NCBI GenBank assembly: GCA_039683095.1
Contig: JBDKSB010000012.1
Location: 92,293-156,292, forward strand
Direction: 5' to 3'
Source: Acidobacteriota bacterium
GTDB lineage: Bacteria; Acidobacteriota; Aminicenantia; Aminicenantales; Saccharicenantaceae
Length of the DNA stretch: 64,000 bases
Part shown: one piece after another, positions 37,577 through 47,641 of the stretch
Position numbering within the stretch: the stretch's first letter is position 1
Layout of the letters: every line of letters starts with the position of its first letter
Notes under the pieces: model-generated
What the model was told of the DNA's origin: nothing
The model's input: only the letters and a program-made list of their open reading frames with translations
Database searches by the model: none
Made by a program: the position numbers and the translations under genes

Positions 37577-40390
37577 ATGCAAAAGAAGTTCAGCACATTG
37601 CTTCTCGTAGGTTTGTTGATTCTTCTCACTCAGGCTCTTGTAGCCCAGGAGACCGGCGAGATCTTAGGCAAGGTCACGGATGACGAAAGCGTGGGCCTGC
37701 CGGGGGTCTCGATCACCGCGACCAGCCCGAATCTCCAGGGCAAGAGGGCCGCCGTCAGCGACGCGAACGGAACCTTCAGGTTCCCCTTGCTTCCCATGGG
37801 GACCTACACGCTGACGCTCGAGTTGAAGGGGTTCTCGTCCCTGATGCTGGAGAATGTCGGCGTGAAGCTCGGCCTGGTGACGAGCCCGATAGCGGTCATG
37901 AAGCCGGCGACCGTCGACGCCCAGCTCACCGTCATCGCCGAGGCCCCTTTAATCGACAAGACGAAATCGGACACGTCGTTCAACGTCGATTCCAGGGAGC
38001 TGGCCCAGATGCCCATCCAGGGCCGGACCATCAATGAGGTCCTCAGCTACACGCCCGGCGTGACGGGCGTGCGCCACGACACCATCAAGGGAACGGGCAG
38101 CGGCGGAACCGACTACGGCGGCGGCAGCATCCGCGGCGAGGGGCCGAACGGGAACAACTGGCTCGTGGACGGGCTGTCCAAGAGGGCCTCGGCCAACAAT
38201 GGTTTCGGCACCAAGATCAACTTCGACGCCTGGGAAGAGGTCCAGATCATCTCCGACGGGTTCTCCCCCGAGCTGGGAGCCACGTACGGCGGGATCATCA
38301 ATATCGTGACCAAATCCGGCAGCAACCAGTTCCACGGCGAGATCGGCTCCCTGATCTGGGACCATAACCTCCGGGCTTCGCGGAAGCCCCAGATCGCGAT
38401 CGCCGTCGAGCCGGTCACGTCCCAGTACGATTTCTTCGGCAACATCGGCGGCCCCATCATCAAGGACAAGCTCTGGTTCTTCCTGTCCGACAACCTCTGG
38501 CGCAAGGCCGACGACAACGAAGCCAGCTCGGTCGGCTGGCTGGAGATCCCGGCGGGCCAGCGGCGGGTCAACAGCAACAACGTGCTCGGCAAGCTGACCT
38601 ATGCCCTGGCGGACAACCACACCCTGTCCTTCAGCGGATCCTATGATTCGTTCCTCAGCCAATCCGGCGGCTTCGGGCTGCCGGACCTCTATACCAAGGT
38701 GGACTACGAGGATTATGCCCTGCGCCTGAACTACAAGGGCATCCTCGGCGCCAACACCCTGATCGAGGCGGCCGTCGGGAGGAGCAGTCAAGACAGCGCG
38801 GACGCCCCCCTCGACGACGATTACGACAGCATCCGGTTCTCCTACTCCGACATCAACCAGGCCATGGGCAACGTCTCTTCGGCGTCCGGGGTCATCGACC
38901 AGAGGACGGATTTCACGACGAGATTCACCCAATACCTGAACACGGAAAAACTCGGGAACCACGAGATCGGCCTGGGCGCGGCCTATTCGTACATCTTCCG
39001 GAAGGCCTACAACCACTATACCGGAAGGGACTGGCTCATCGTGCCCAGCGACTACTGGACCGGCGGCTCGACCATCACCTTCACGGAGCAGGGCGTTCCT
39101 TACATGCTGACCCAGTACCGGGACCAGGCCTATTTCAACAAAGGCCGCATGTACTCGGCGTATGTGAAGGATAAGGTCACGTTCGGACGGTTGACCCTGA
39201 TGCTGGGCCTCCGCTCGGAGTCCCAGAGGATCTACGACGACCAGGGCGCCGTCGTTCATGAGATCAGCTGGGGGCTGGACAAGTTCCTGTCCCCGCGGGC
39301 CTCGCTGAGCTGGGATGTGACCGGCGACGGGGCCAACGTCATCAAGTTCGGTTTCGGCCGCTTCTCCGACACCATGATCTGGGACATCATGGGCTACTTC
39401 ACCCAGGGCGGACAGACGACCTTCGTCAAGTATGTTTGGAACGGCCCGACGCCGACCTATGATACGGATACGGAAGCCCTGAAGAACTTCGCCAACTGGA
39501 CCTACAGGTCCCAGCAGGGAGGAACGGATACGGTCCGGGCCTACAAGCGCGTCCGTGAGGGCACGGGCCCGGATTTCATGAACAAGTTCATCCTGGAATA
39601 CGACCGCCGCATCGGGGCAAATTGGGCGGCCAAGATCAGGGGCGTCCTTTCGACCCACCGCGACATGCTCGAGGACGTGGCTCTGTTCGACTACACGACC
39701 GCCTGGTACGAGCTTATCAATTGGGATCAGAAGAAACGGGATTACTTGGGCCTCGAGCTGGAGATCAACGGCCGGATCGGCGACAAGTTCATCCTGAACA
39801 GCTCCTACGTCTGGTCGTCGGCCAAGGGCTCGACCCCCGGCAACTCGGAATATGTCGGGAATTACGGCTGGTCGATGTACCAGACCAACGGCTGCTTCGG
39901 GGACCATTACTCCGGACCCGACGATTCCCCCCTGGCCGGACGCTACAACTGGTCCTACGGGTTCGGCGGCCTGGATTACGGCGACGAGGGCTGGTACGGC
40001 TACCTGCCCTACAGCTGCGACCATGTGGTCAAGGTCTTCGGCACCTACCTCGCGCCCTACGGCATCATGGTCAGCGCCAGCGCCCAGCTCTATGCCGGCT
40101 ATCACTGGTCGATCTGGGGCTTCCAGACGGGATACGGATCCTATTGCTACTTCCCGTACGGACGGGGGACGGAGACTGTCCCGGCCCATACTTACGTCGA
40201 TCTGACGCTCGAAAAGAGCTTCAAGATCGCGTCGAGGATGGTCGCCGGACTGCGCCTCAACGTCTCCAACCTCTTCAACTCGCAGCGTGCCGTTTCCTAC
40301 GGCAGCGGCGAGGGAAGCACGTTCTTCCGTCAAGTCTGGGGCCGGCAGTTCCCTCGCTGGGTTCAGCTCCAGGCAAGCCTCTCATTCTGA
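37577..40390 (+). CDS. TonB-dependent receptor with N-terminal carboxypeptidase-regulatory-like domain
   Basis: Signal peptide. CarbopepD_reg-like GKVTDDESVGLPGVSITATSPN...TDANGTFRF, then plug and beta-barrel. 937 aa. Confidence 0.85.
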   Translation: MQKKFSTLLLVGLLILLTQALVAQETGEILGKVTDDESVGLPGVSITATSPNLQGKRAAVSDANGTFRFPLLPMGTYTLTLELKGFSSLMLENVGVKLGLVTSPIAVMKPATVDAQLTVIAEAPLIDKTKSDTSFNVDSRELAQMPIQGRTINEVLSYTPGVTGVRHDTIKGTGSGGTDYGGGSIRGEGPNGNNWLVDGLSKRASANNGFGTKINFDAWEEVQIISDGFSPELGATYGGIINIVTKSGSNQFHGEIGSLIWDHNLRASRKPQIAIAVEPVTSQYDFFGNIGGPIIKDKLWFFLSDNLWRKADDNEASSVGWLEIPAGQRRVNSNNVLGKLTYALADNHTLSFSGSYDSFLSQSGGFGLPDLYTKVDYEDYALRLNYKGILGANTLIEAAVGRSSQDSADAPLDDDYDSIRFSYSDINQAMGNVSSASGVIDQRTDFTTRFTQYLNTEKLGNHEIGLGAAYSYIFRKAYNHYTGRDWLIVPSDYWTGGSTITFTEQGVPYMLTQYRDQAYFNKGRMYSAYVKDKVTFGRLTLMLGLRSESQRIYDDQGAVVHEISWGLDKFLSPRASLSWDVTGDGANVIKFGFGRFSDTMIWDIMGYFTQGGQTTFVKYVWNGPTPTYDTDTEALKNFANWTYRSQQGGTDTVRAYKRVREGTGPDFMNKFILEYDRRIGANWAAKIRGVLSTHRDMLEDVALFDYTTAWYELINWDQKKRDYLGLELEINGRIGDKFILNSSYVWSSAKGSTPGNSEYVGNYGWSMYQTNGCFGDHYSGPDDSPLAGRYNWSYGFGGLDYGDEGWYGYLPYSCDHVVKVFGTYLAPYGIMVSASAQLYAGYHWSIWGFQTGYGSYCYFPYGRGTETVPAHTYVDLTLEKSFKIASRMVAGLRLNVSNLFNSQRAVSYGSGEGSTFFRQVWGRQFPRWVQLQASLSF

Positions 40391-40408
40391 TTTCTGCAAC
40401 ATTCCTCC

Positions 40409-40448
40409 AGAAGAGGGCTCCGTCCTTCCGGGGACGGAGCCCTCTTCT
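40409..40448 (+). terminator. Strong hairpin (17-bp perfect stem AGAAGAGGGCTCCGTCC / GGACGGAGCCCTCTTCT, loop TTCC)
   Basis: Read directly, 19 bp after the receptor stop. No T-run, typical for a high-GC genome. Confidence 0.65.
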
Positions 40449-40789
40449 CTTTCCGGCCCTCCCCTCTTTCCGGGTCTTCCTCCCGCGCCGCGGCTGCGGG
40501 GGCCGGCTCGAGGGCGGTCGTGACATTCGCCCCCGGCCCGGAATCCGCCCCTCGATAGCTGCTGTTGCGGCGGCAGTCGCCGCTTCCCCCGGCGCTTCCC
40601 GGGACCCGGAAACGGTCCCGGCGGCGACGGCAGGTGGACATCAAGATCGAAAGCGGCCGGCGGGCCTGTCTCGGAGGAACGAGCCCGAAGCCATCTAGGA
40701 GGCGACCTCCGCAGAGGCCTTGGAAGAGCCCCGCTGAGGCGCGGAGGAGAGCCGGGGCCGCTCCTCCGGACTATCTTCGCTTAAAACGG

Positions 40790-41767
40790 CTATGGGTTCT
40801 CGCGGTAGATGAGGGGCTGGGTCAGCGCGACCCGGCCCTGGCCGTCCGTGACCTTGGCCCGGACGTAACGTTCGCCCTGCGGAAGCTTGAAGGCGGGCGA
40901 CGGGCCCGTAACGCGGCCCAGGATGCGCCCGCCCGAACCGATGAACAGGGTGGTCAGCGTCGCCCCCTTCTCGGCCCGGATCCGGAGGCGGACCTTTGCC
41001 CGGCGGACCCGGATGGACTCGAGAACGACGCCTGTGCTGACATAGAAATCGCCCTTTTCGAAAGCGGCCAAGATGGCCTTTTCGCTCAACTCCGGAGCCC
41101 GTACCATGACCCAGGATTTCCCCGGATAGGTGGCGATGGCGTGCATGTCATCGGTGCCGAACCCATACAGCTTCTTTCCCCGGCTCAGGACGTCGTCCCA
41201 GATCTGCTCCGTGCCGGGTCTCCCGTTCCCGCCGGCGTTGTTGACCCCGGGGTGGGCGTTCAGGACCTCGAAAAAGACGCAGTCCCGGACGCGGAGGAGT
41301 TCCTCGGAGCCGTAGGCCCAGCCCCAGTTGGGATGGCACATGATCGGCACGGCGCCGGCCGCACGGACGGCCGTCACGTTGTTCTGGAGGCAGCCGAGGG
41401 CGTCGGAGCCTCCGGCCGGCTTCAAGGTCCCATCGCGCAGGCCCAGGGCCAGCACATGGATGGGGATATCATTAGCCCTGTCGGTGACCTCCATGCCGGG
41501 GATGAGAAGGAAGGTCCCGTCCGACAGGCCCCGCAAGTCCTCCACAGCCGTCAGGACGTTATGATCGGTGATGGCCAGGAACTGGTAGCCATGCGACCGG
41601 TACCAGTTGACGGCCGTCTCGGGGGACGCGTCGCCGTCATCGGAGTTCGTCGTGTGGGTATGAAGGTTCCCCCTGAACCAATGATCGGATCCGGCCCGCT
41701 GGCAGGCCGGGCCGGCGAGCATGACGGCCAGGGCGAGGAGCGAAATGAACGGTATTCGTTCGGTCAC
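40790..41767 (-). CDS. Secreted PHP-domain (CehA/McbA-like) metallohydrolase
   Basis: Signal peptide. NLHTHTTNSDDGD and AITDHN motifs. Confidence 0.7.
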   Translation of the reverse strand: MTERIPFISLLALAVMLAGPACQRAGSDHWFRGNLHTHTTNSDDGDASPETAVNWYRSHGYQFLAITDHNVLTAVEDLRGLSDGTFLLIPGMEVTDRANDIPIHVLALGLRDGTLKPAGGSDALGCLQNNVTAVRAAGAVPIMCHPNWGWAYGSEELLRVRDCVFFEVLNAHPGVNNAGGNGRPGTEQIWDDVLSRGKKLYGFGTDDMHAIATYPGKSWVMVRAPELSEKAILAAFEKGDFYVSTGVVLESIRVRRAKVRLRIRAEKGATLTTLFIGSGGRILGRVTGPSPAFKLPQGERYVRAKVTDGQGRVALTQPLIYRENP

Positions 41768-41817
41768 GGCATATCCTCCTTGGCGTTGCGGGGCTCTCGA
41801 TCGGCGGCCTGATCACC

Positions 41818-42819
41818 CTAGCGTCGCGCGGCCCCGACTTTCTGGCTGATATATGTCTGGACGATCATGAGGGACACCGGGTCGATACAGTCGAAGACAT
41901 TGAAGACGGGAAGACTCTTGGGTGTCCGTTGCCGGATATCCTCGTACACCGTCGGCGTGAGCAGGAGCACATCGACCGTGCCCAGGATCCTGTCCACCTC
42001 GGCGTCGTCGGTGACGAGACAGGACAAGAGCCGGATGCCCTTTCCCAGCTCCGTTTTAAGCACGTCCACAAAGACCGAATTGGAATCGACGTCCCGGCAG
42101 ATGAATCCGAACTTCGTGCCGCGGTTGAACGAGCTCAGGCGATTCCGGGTTTCGGGAGACATGTTGGTGATCAGGATCTGGATATCGATGGGACGGGACC
42201 CGACGATCTCGCGCACTTCGTTGAGATGGAAGCCGGTCGTGACGATCGCCAGCAGATCCCCCTCCCGGCCCTGAAGACCCGCGATCTCCGCCTGCAGATC
42301 GCCGACGACGACCGGCCTGACCTCGACCTTCAGCTCCTTTTGGAGGGTCTTCGAGATCTCGCGGACCTGGTAGCCGCTGCACTCGGTGAAGATGACGAAC
42401 GGGCTGGAGCCGGCGGCCGGGATGTCCTGGAGGGCCGCGTCGATCAGGGCCCGGACCTCCGCCTTGGTCCGGCCGCCCTGCATCATTCTCGTGACGGCCT
42501 GCCTCAATTCGGCTTCCGGATCGACACCGTGCGCCGCGGCGCTCTCGGGCGGCGCCCCGGCGTTCGGCGGCACGGTCCCGGGGAGCAGGGCGTAAGTCCC
42601 CTTGCCGCGCTTCATGGAGACGAGCCCTTCTTTTTCGAGCTCTTTATAGGCGTTGCGGACCGTCTCGAAATTGATCCCCAGCTCCTTGGCCAGGCGTACG
42701 ACGCCCGGGAGCAGCTCGTTGTGCTTGATGACGCCCGTCGAAATGTAATACTTGATCAGGTCCTTGAGCTGAAGATACATGGGGATCTTGTTGGTCTTGT
42801 CGAGATACAATTTGACCAT
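41818..42819 (-). CDS. GntR-family transcriptional regulator with C-terminal ligand-binding domain
   Basis: N-terminal winged HTH: PGVVRLAKELGINFETVRNAYKELEKEGLV. Confidence 0.75.
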   Translation of the reverse strand: MVKLYLDKTNKIPMYLQLKDLIKYYISTGVIKHNELLPGVVRLAKELGINFETVRNAYKELEKEGLVSMKRGKGTYALLPGTVPPNAGAPPESAAAHGVDPEAELRQAVTRMMQGGRTKAEVRALIDAALQDIPAAGSSPFVIFTECSGYQVREISKTLQKELKVEVRPVVVGDLQAEIAGLQGREGDLLAIVTTGFHLNEVREIVGSRPIDIQILITNMSPETRNRLSSFNRGTKFGFICRDVDSNSVFVDVLKTELGKGIRLLSCLVTDDAEVDRILGTVDVLLLTPTVYEDIRQRTPKSLPVFNVFDCIDPVSLMIVQTYISQKVGAARR

Positions 42820-42921
42820 CTCTCTCTCCCAAGGACGGGTTCTGCCCGCCTCATCTCCCGGCCAGCCTCGCGGGGCCGGCGGTTTTCCGGTCTCGGCGGC
42901 CGCCGCGGCAAGCCATCCTTC

Positions 42922-44472
42922 TCAACGGACCGCCAGCGGCGGCTTGGGCCGGTGGCCGGCGGGGTCATGGTCGTATCCCGGCGCGAGCGGCTCGAGCCGC
43001 CGCGCCGCCAGCTCGATCTCCCATTCGAGCGGCCAGGGATTCGGCCGGCACTCCCCGAGCTCTGTGCTCTGCTGAGCCATGATCGGAGCCGGCAGGCCGG
43101 GCCCGGGGCACTGGGGTAAGGGATGGTGCATATGCAGGAGGTGCCCCACCTCGTGATTGATGACCATGATGCGATAGGCCGGGAGATCGCCCGTCCACTC
43201 CGGCGTGGCCCGGCGCCAGCGGTCGGCGTTGATGACCACGAGCGGACCGTTCTGGCAGGAATACAGGCTCCGGGTGTTATAGGGAGCGCAGAGGCGATCG
43301 GCTTCGCCGCCTTCGGCGATGATGACGCGGTACGTCGCCTCAGGGTCCCGCTCGAACGCGAACCCGGCCCGGGCCCAGCCGCGCGGGTCGGTCAGGATGT
43401 CGTGCACGGCGCCCGGAAAGTCGGCCAGGGCCGGATCGGCCGAGCGGACCTCCGCCCAGTAGGCCACCCTGACTTCCGCCGGGGGGGCCGTGGCCCGGCC
43501 GGGCAGATCATCGAGAACGCTCGCGCTCAGGAATCTGGCGAAGCCGTCCGTCTCATAAACTACCTCGTCATGTCCCGACCGGGAGAAGAGGAAAATGAGG
43601 CGGTGATCCCGGAGGTCCTGGTGAGTGACCTCGGCATCCATCGCGGCCAGGTACGGAACCCGGCCACGGTCGAATTCCTCCATTAGGCCCCGGCTTTCCT
43701 CCCGGGTGCCGCCGTCCTCGGTATAGATATCGATGATCTTCCCCTGTTGACGGGCCTGCCAATCGGTGAAGGCGGGGATCTCCCCGTAGAGCGCATCGAA
43801 CAGGAAGACCTCTTTGACGTTCTCGGAGAGGCCGCCGCGTGCCAGGATCGAGGCGATGGCATGGTAGCCGCCGCTGTGCCCGGCCAGGATGAGATCGCCG
43901 GGGGTTTCGGTCATGATCGCTCCGGTCCGTCTCAACTCGGCCAGGACGTCGCCGACCAGGTTCCTGAACCCGTCCGCGTCCTCCAGCTTCCCGCCGAACG
44001 AGTCCCGGGCGCGCTTGGGCCCCTGCGGCAGAACGAGGATCGCGTTCTTGCCGCTGCGCGCGAACTGTTCGATGACCTGATAGGATCGGAGGACCCCGGC
44101 CAGGTCCCGATCCCAGCCGTGGAAATAGAAGACCAGGTCGACCCGCTCGCCCGGCCGATAGCCATTCGGCACGAACACGGCCACGGAGTCGTCGTCGTAA
44201 TGGCCGCGCCGGGGATAATGATCCCCCTCGTGGGAATAGCCGTTTTGCCGTTGCGGGTGGGGAAAGGGCGCGGAGACCAGATTCATCCTCAGCAGACGGC
44301 CGGACCCGGAGTATCTCCTCACCAGTTTCGGGAACCCGCGGCCGCCGCACGCGGCGGAAAGTCCGATGAGGACGGCCAGGGCCAGGATGGCCGACGGCTG
44401 GGCGAAGGCCCGGGCGCGCCGTGCGGCTTCGCCGGGGCCGCTGGTTCGCTTCGCGAGCCGCGTTCGGACCAT
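42922..44472 (-). CDS. Lipoprotein fusing an alpha/beta-hydrolase (esterase) domain to a C-terminal HExxH zinc-peptidase-like domain
   Basis: Signal and lipobox LSAAC. HGWD oxyanion region and nucleophile elbow AGHSGG. C-terminal INHEVGHLLHMHH with nearby Cys pairs. Confidence 0.6.
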   Translation of the reverse strand: MVRTRLAKRTSGPGEAARRARAFAQPSAILALAVLIGLSAACGGRGFPKLVRRYSGSGRLLRMNLVSAPFPHPQRQNGYSHEGDHYPRRGHYDDDSVAVFVPNGYRPGERVDLVFYFHGWDRDLAGVLRSYQVIEQFARSGKNAILVLPQGPKRARDSFGGKLEDADGFRNLVGDVLAELRRTGAIMTETPGDLILAGHSGGYHAIASILARGGLSENVKEVFLFDALYGEIPAFTDWQARQQGKIIDIYTEDGGTREESRGLMEEFDRGRVPYLAAMDAEVTHQDLRDHRLIFLFSRSGHDEVVYETDGFARFLSASVLDDLPGRATAPPAEVRVAYWAEVRSADPALADFPGAVHDILTDPRGWARAGFAFERDPEATYRVIIAEGGEADRLCAPYNTRSLYSCQNGPLVVINADRWRRATPEWTGDLPAYRIMVINHEVGHLLHMHHPLPQCPGPGLPAPIMAQQSTELGECRPNPWPLEWEIELAARRLEPLAPGYDHDPAGHRPKPPLAVR

Positions 44473-44509
44473 GCTTCGAACCTCCCTCTCCCCGTAAACC
44501 CGGGGCTCC

Positions 44510-45469
44510 TTACTTGATGCCGGCCAGGATGGTCTTGGCCGTTTCGCAGCCCTCCCCCTCCGGCGCCAGGGTTAAATAGGCCGTCAGCTCGGTCTTGGCG
44601 CCCTCGTTTTTCCCGAGCCGGAAATAGCACAGGCCCAGCTGATAATGGACCAGGGCGAACGAGGGCTTGGCGCGGGCCGATTTTTCGAAATAGCGGGCCG
44701 CTTCGGCGTCGTTCTTCTTGTTGGCTTCGACAACGCCCAGGTTATAAAGCTCTTCGGCCGAGAACTCCGAATCGGGAAAGTCCTTCAGCCGCTCCTGGTA
44801 TTCGAGCGCCTTGTCTTCCTGACCCAGATGTGAGTACGCGACCGCGAGCAGCTTGACCATCTGGGACGAGCCGGGGTTGAGCGCCAGGGCCTTCTGGGCC
44901 GCCTCGACGGCCTGGGCGTACGACCCGGCCCGATAATGAGCGGAGGCGAGGTTCTGATGGGCCTCGGGGATCTCCGGGTCTATCTTCACGGCCTCGGTGA
45001 ACTCGACGATGGCCGCCGCGAAGTTCCCCTGGTTGAAGAGCTCGATCCCCTGGTCGACGCGGGCCCAGGCTTTCTGGTTGTTCTGGTTCTTCGCCAGCTG
45101 CTGCCCCGGCGTCCGCTCGCCGGTCCGGTAAAGGGAGAACGCCGCCAGCCTGCCTTCGTCCCGTGTTTTCGCCAGCCCGGCGATCGCCAGCGATTCCTCG
45201 TGGGTTTGAAAGCCCTCCTTCTCGAGCCTGAACACGGCCGTCTTGATCTCCGAAGCGAGGAGGAAAGAGGATTGCCCCCGCTTGTTGGTGACATAATCCT
45301 TGCGTAAGGCGCCCTGGTCGGAGCTCGAGACGGTGACTTTGACGCCCCCGACCGGCTGCTGAGAGGAATCCTTCACTTCGACGAGAACGCGGCGGGCCAG
45401 GCCTTGCGGGAAGAGAAGTGCCGGGGCCAGCAGAACGAGCAGCGTGACCGGACGGATAAATTTCGCCAT
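44510..45469 (-). CDS. Secreted TPR-repeat protein
   Basis: Signal peptide MAKFIRPVTLLVLLAPALLFPQGLA. Five or more TPR units. Confidence 0.7.
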   Translation of the reverse strand: MAKFIRPVTLLVLLAPALLFPQGLARRVLVEVKDSSQQPVGGVKVTVSSSDQGALRKDYVTNKRGQSSFLLASEIKTAVFRLEKEGFQTHEESLAIAGLAKTRDEGRLAAFSLYRTGERTPGQQLAKNQNNQKAWARVDQGIELFNQGNFAAAIVEFTEAVKIDPEIPEAHQNLASAHYRAGSYAQAVEAAQKALALNPGSSQMVKLLAVAYSHLGQEDKALEYQERLKDFPDSEFSAEELYNLGVVEANKKNDAEAARYFEKSARAKPSFALVHYQLGLCYFRLGKNEGAKTELTAYLTLAPEGEGCETAKTILAGIK

Positions 45470-45504
45470 CGTCTTCCACTCCCTATCCGAGATGCGTCCG
45501 GGGA

Positions 45505-47544
45505 TCACCGGAGGCCGTCGAGCTTCTTGACGATCTCCGGCTGTCCCGGCTCGATCTCGATCGATTTCTTCCAGGCTGAGCGGGCCGATTCGAGCTCTCC
45601 CGCCCCGTAATAGCTTTCACCGAGCAGGTTGAGGATCTCGATCTTCGCCCCGAAACGGGAAAGGTATTTCTTGAAATAATAAACGGCCGAACCGAAGCCC
45701 TTCTGGAAATAGGCGGATTTCCCCAGCATCTCGTAGATCTCCGGCCGCTCCGCGGCTCTGGACAGGAACCGGACCAGGACGTCCTGGACCGCCGGATAGG
45801 CCTTCAACTCGAAAAGGGCCTGGCTCAGGCCCAGGCTGAACTCGAGGGAAGCCGGGTCCTTGCGGCAAGCCTCCTCCAGGAGGATTTTGGCCTCCTCGGG
45901 CCGGCCGCTGTTCAGCAGTTGCGTCCCCAGAATATGGGAATAGCCGGGATCATCGAGCGGCGGAAGCGCCTGGGCCAGGCGCCAGAGGGGCCGGGGCACG
46001 CGCCCGGCGTTGACGATGAAGTCCTCCCGGGCGGCGCCCAGCTCCTTCTGGTCCCCGTCCAGGAGCGTCGCGACGAGGCGATAGATCCCCGGCTCGAACT
46101 CCTTGGGCGCCAGCTCCTCGGAGAAACAGGCGGGATCCCCCAGATCCCGGAGCGAGCGGCTGACGAAGCGGACCTTCTGGTCCTCTCTAAAGAAGGATAG
46201 ATCGAGGGTCGCCGCGGCCCTCGACTCCGGGCTCATCGGCGGGATGCCGACGCTTATGACCAGCGGGGCGTCCTGGTCGAAGATCCGGCTGGCGACAGGC
46301 TGGATCTGGAGATGACCCAGGCGGAACGGCCGGAAGTCCCCGTCCGGGGAGTCCCCGGGCTCCAGGGCCCGGGACAGGAAGACGGGGCCGAGTCCGCGGG
46401 CTTCCGCGCGCGGCGGAACTACGATCTCGTCCTCGTAGGAGGTGAATTCCTTGGAGATGGGGTTCTTGATCAGGACGCTGAACTTGAAACGCCCCTCGAT
46501 CAGGGGGAAGGCGTCCTGGAACGACAACCTCTTGGTCTTCATGTCGGCGACTTCGTCCGCGCCGAAATCCAGCGAGACGTCCTTCTGGAATTGATAGACG
46601 GTCCTGTCGGCGGGATCGGAGACCCGGCCGAAGACCTCGAGATGAACAACATAGCGGTCCCCAACCCGACCGATGGAAAGCCGGTTGGGCTCCACGGCAT
46701 AATGAACGAACCGGCGGCCATCCTTCTCCGCGACGACCTTCAGGAGAGCGTCGTTCGGGACATAGTTCACGGACCGGTCGACCTCGACGATGGACTTGTA
46801 CTTGAAGAGCTTCTCGGCATAGATGTCATTGACCAGTTTCTGCGGGTAACTCTGGATCGAGGCCAGGAGCGTCTCGGACCGCATCTCGGGCATGCCCCCA
46901 TATGCATTCTGCTCTCCCGGGATGAGGGACAACGAGACGTTGGCCAGCTCCCGGTCGACGCGGAGCAGGACATTCACCGCCTGAGAGGGGTCGCCGTCGT
47001 AGGATTCGATGAGCTCCTTGGCGCCGTGCCTGATGGGGCTGTAGAGGATGTAGTCCCCGATGCCGTCCTCTTGAAAGAAGAGGACGTAAAAGGCCTGGGG
47101 AAGCCCGTGGCCATACTCCCCTTGATAGAACCAGAGGTCGATGGGGACCAGGTTCAGGCTCTCCCCGCCGTAAGAGTTCGAGCTCCTGGGTTTGCCCAGG
47201 ATGATGTGCACGCGTCCTCGATCCGTCTTCCAGCCCGGCTTCGAGGTCCCCTTGCCGAACTTCTCGTTGGCATAGCGGATCCGGTTGTAGTGCTCGATCT
47301 TGAATTCGTTCTGCGGGGTTTCCGGGATGGGGTCGCGCTGGTTCCAGAAGGCCTCGATGAAGATGTCCCTCTCCCTGTCGGAAGCCAGTTTCAGGAAGAC
47401 ATCCTTTTCTTTCGCGGTAATGATATAGACGACCTCTTCGTTCAGCCAGGCGCGGTACTTCGGAGGCAAGTCCTCGATCCGGGGAAGCGGCGAAGCGATA
47501 AGAAAGCCCGCCACAAGGAGGTGCGTCCAGAAGAATTTTTTCAT
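45505..47544 (-). CDS. GWxTD-domain protein with C-terminal TPR repeats
   Basis: Signal peptide. Motif KPGWKTDRGRVHIILGKP is the GWxTD signature (family recalled from memory, not verified). Confidence 0.7.
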   Translation of the reverse strand: MKKFFWTHLLVAGFLIASPLPRIEDLPPKYRAWLNEEVVYIITAKEKDVFLKLASDRERDIFIEAFWNQRDPIPETPQNEFKIEHYNRIRYANEKFGKGTSKPGWKTDRGRVHIILGKPRSSNSYGGESLNLVPIDLWFYQGEYGHGLPQAFYVLFFQEDGIGDYILYSPIRHGAKELIESYDGDPSQAVNVLLRVDRELANVSLSLIPGEQNAYGGMPEMRSETLLASIQSYPQKLVNDIYAEKLFKYKSIVEVDRSVNYVPNDALLKVVAEKDGRRFVHYAVEPNRLSIGRVGDRYVVHLEVFGRVSDPADRTVYQFQKDVSLDFGADEVADMKTKRLSFQDAFPLIEGRFKFSVLIKNPISKEFTSYEDEIVVPPRAEARGLGPVFLSRALEPGDSPDGDFRPFRLGHLQIQPVASRIFDQDAPLVISVGIPPMSPESRAAATLDLSFFREDQKVRFVSRSLRDLGDPACFSEELAPKEFEPGIYRLVATLLDGDQKELGAAREDFIVNAGRVPRPLWRLAQALPPLDDPGYSHILGTQLLNSGRPEEAKILLEEACRKDPASLEFSLGLSQALFELKAYPAVQDVLVRFLSRAAERPEIYEMLGKSAYFQKGFGSAVYYFKKYLSRFGAKIEILNLLGESYYGAGELESARSAWKKSIEIEPGQPEIVKKLDGLR

Positions 47545-47625
47545 AAAGTAATACTTATATACTATATTGATATTGATGCGTCAACTATTGTGATGATCGA
47601 TCCATCCTGCCTGTTCGCGCAGCGG

Positions 47626-47641
47626 GATCATGATAATGATG
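47626..47641. promoter_or_regulatory. Candidate Fur-box-like site GATCATGATAATGATG
   Basis: ATGATAATGAT core matches the Fur consensus GATAATGATAATCATTATC. Nearby TGAT-repeat tract TTGATATTGATG...TGTGATGATCGATC. Lies in the 475-bp divergent region upstream of a TonB-dependent receptor. Confidence 0.35.

Noticed and set aside
39622-40698. 358-aa plus-strand ORF overlapping the 3' end of the first TonB receptor gene and the downstream gap
   Set aside because: R/P/G-rich low-complexity translation in an alternative frame. Not protein-like.
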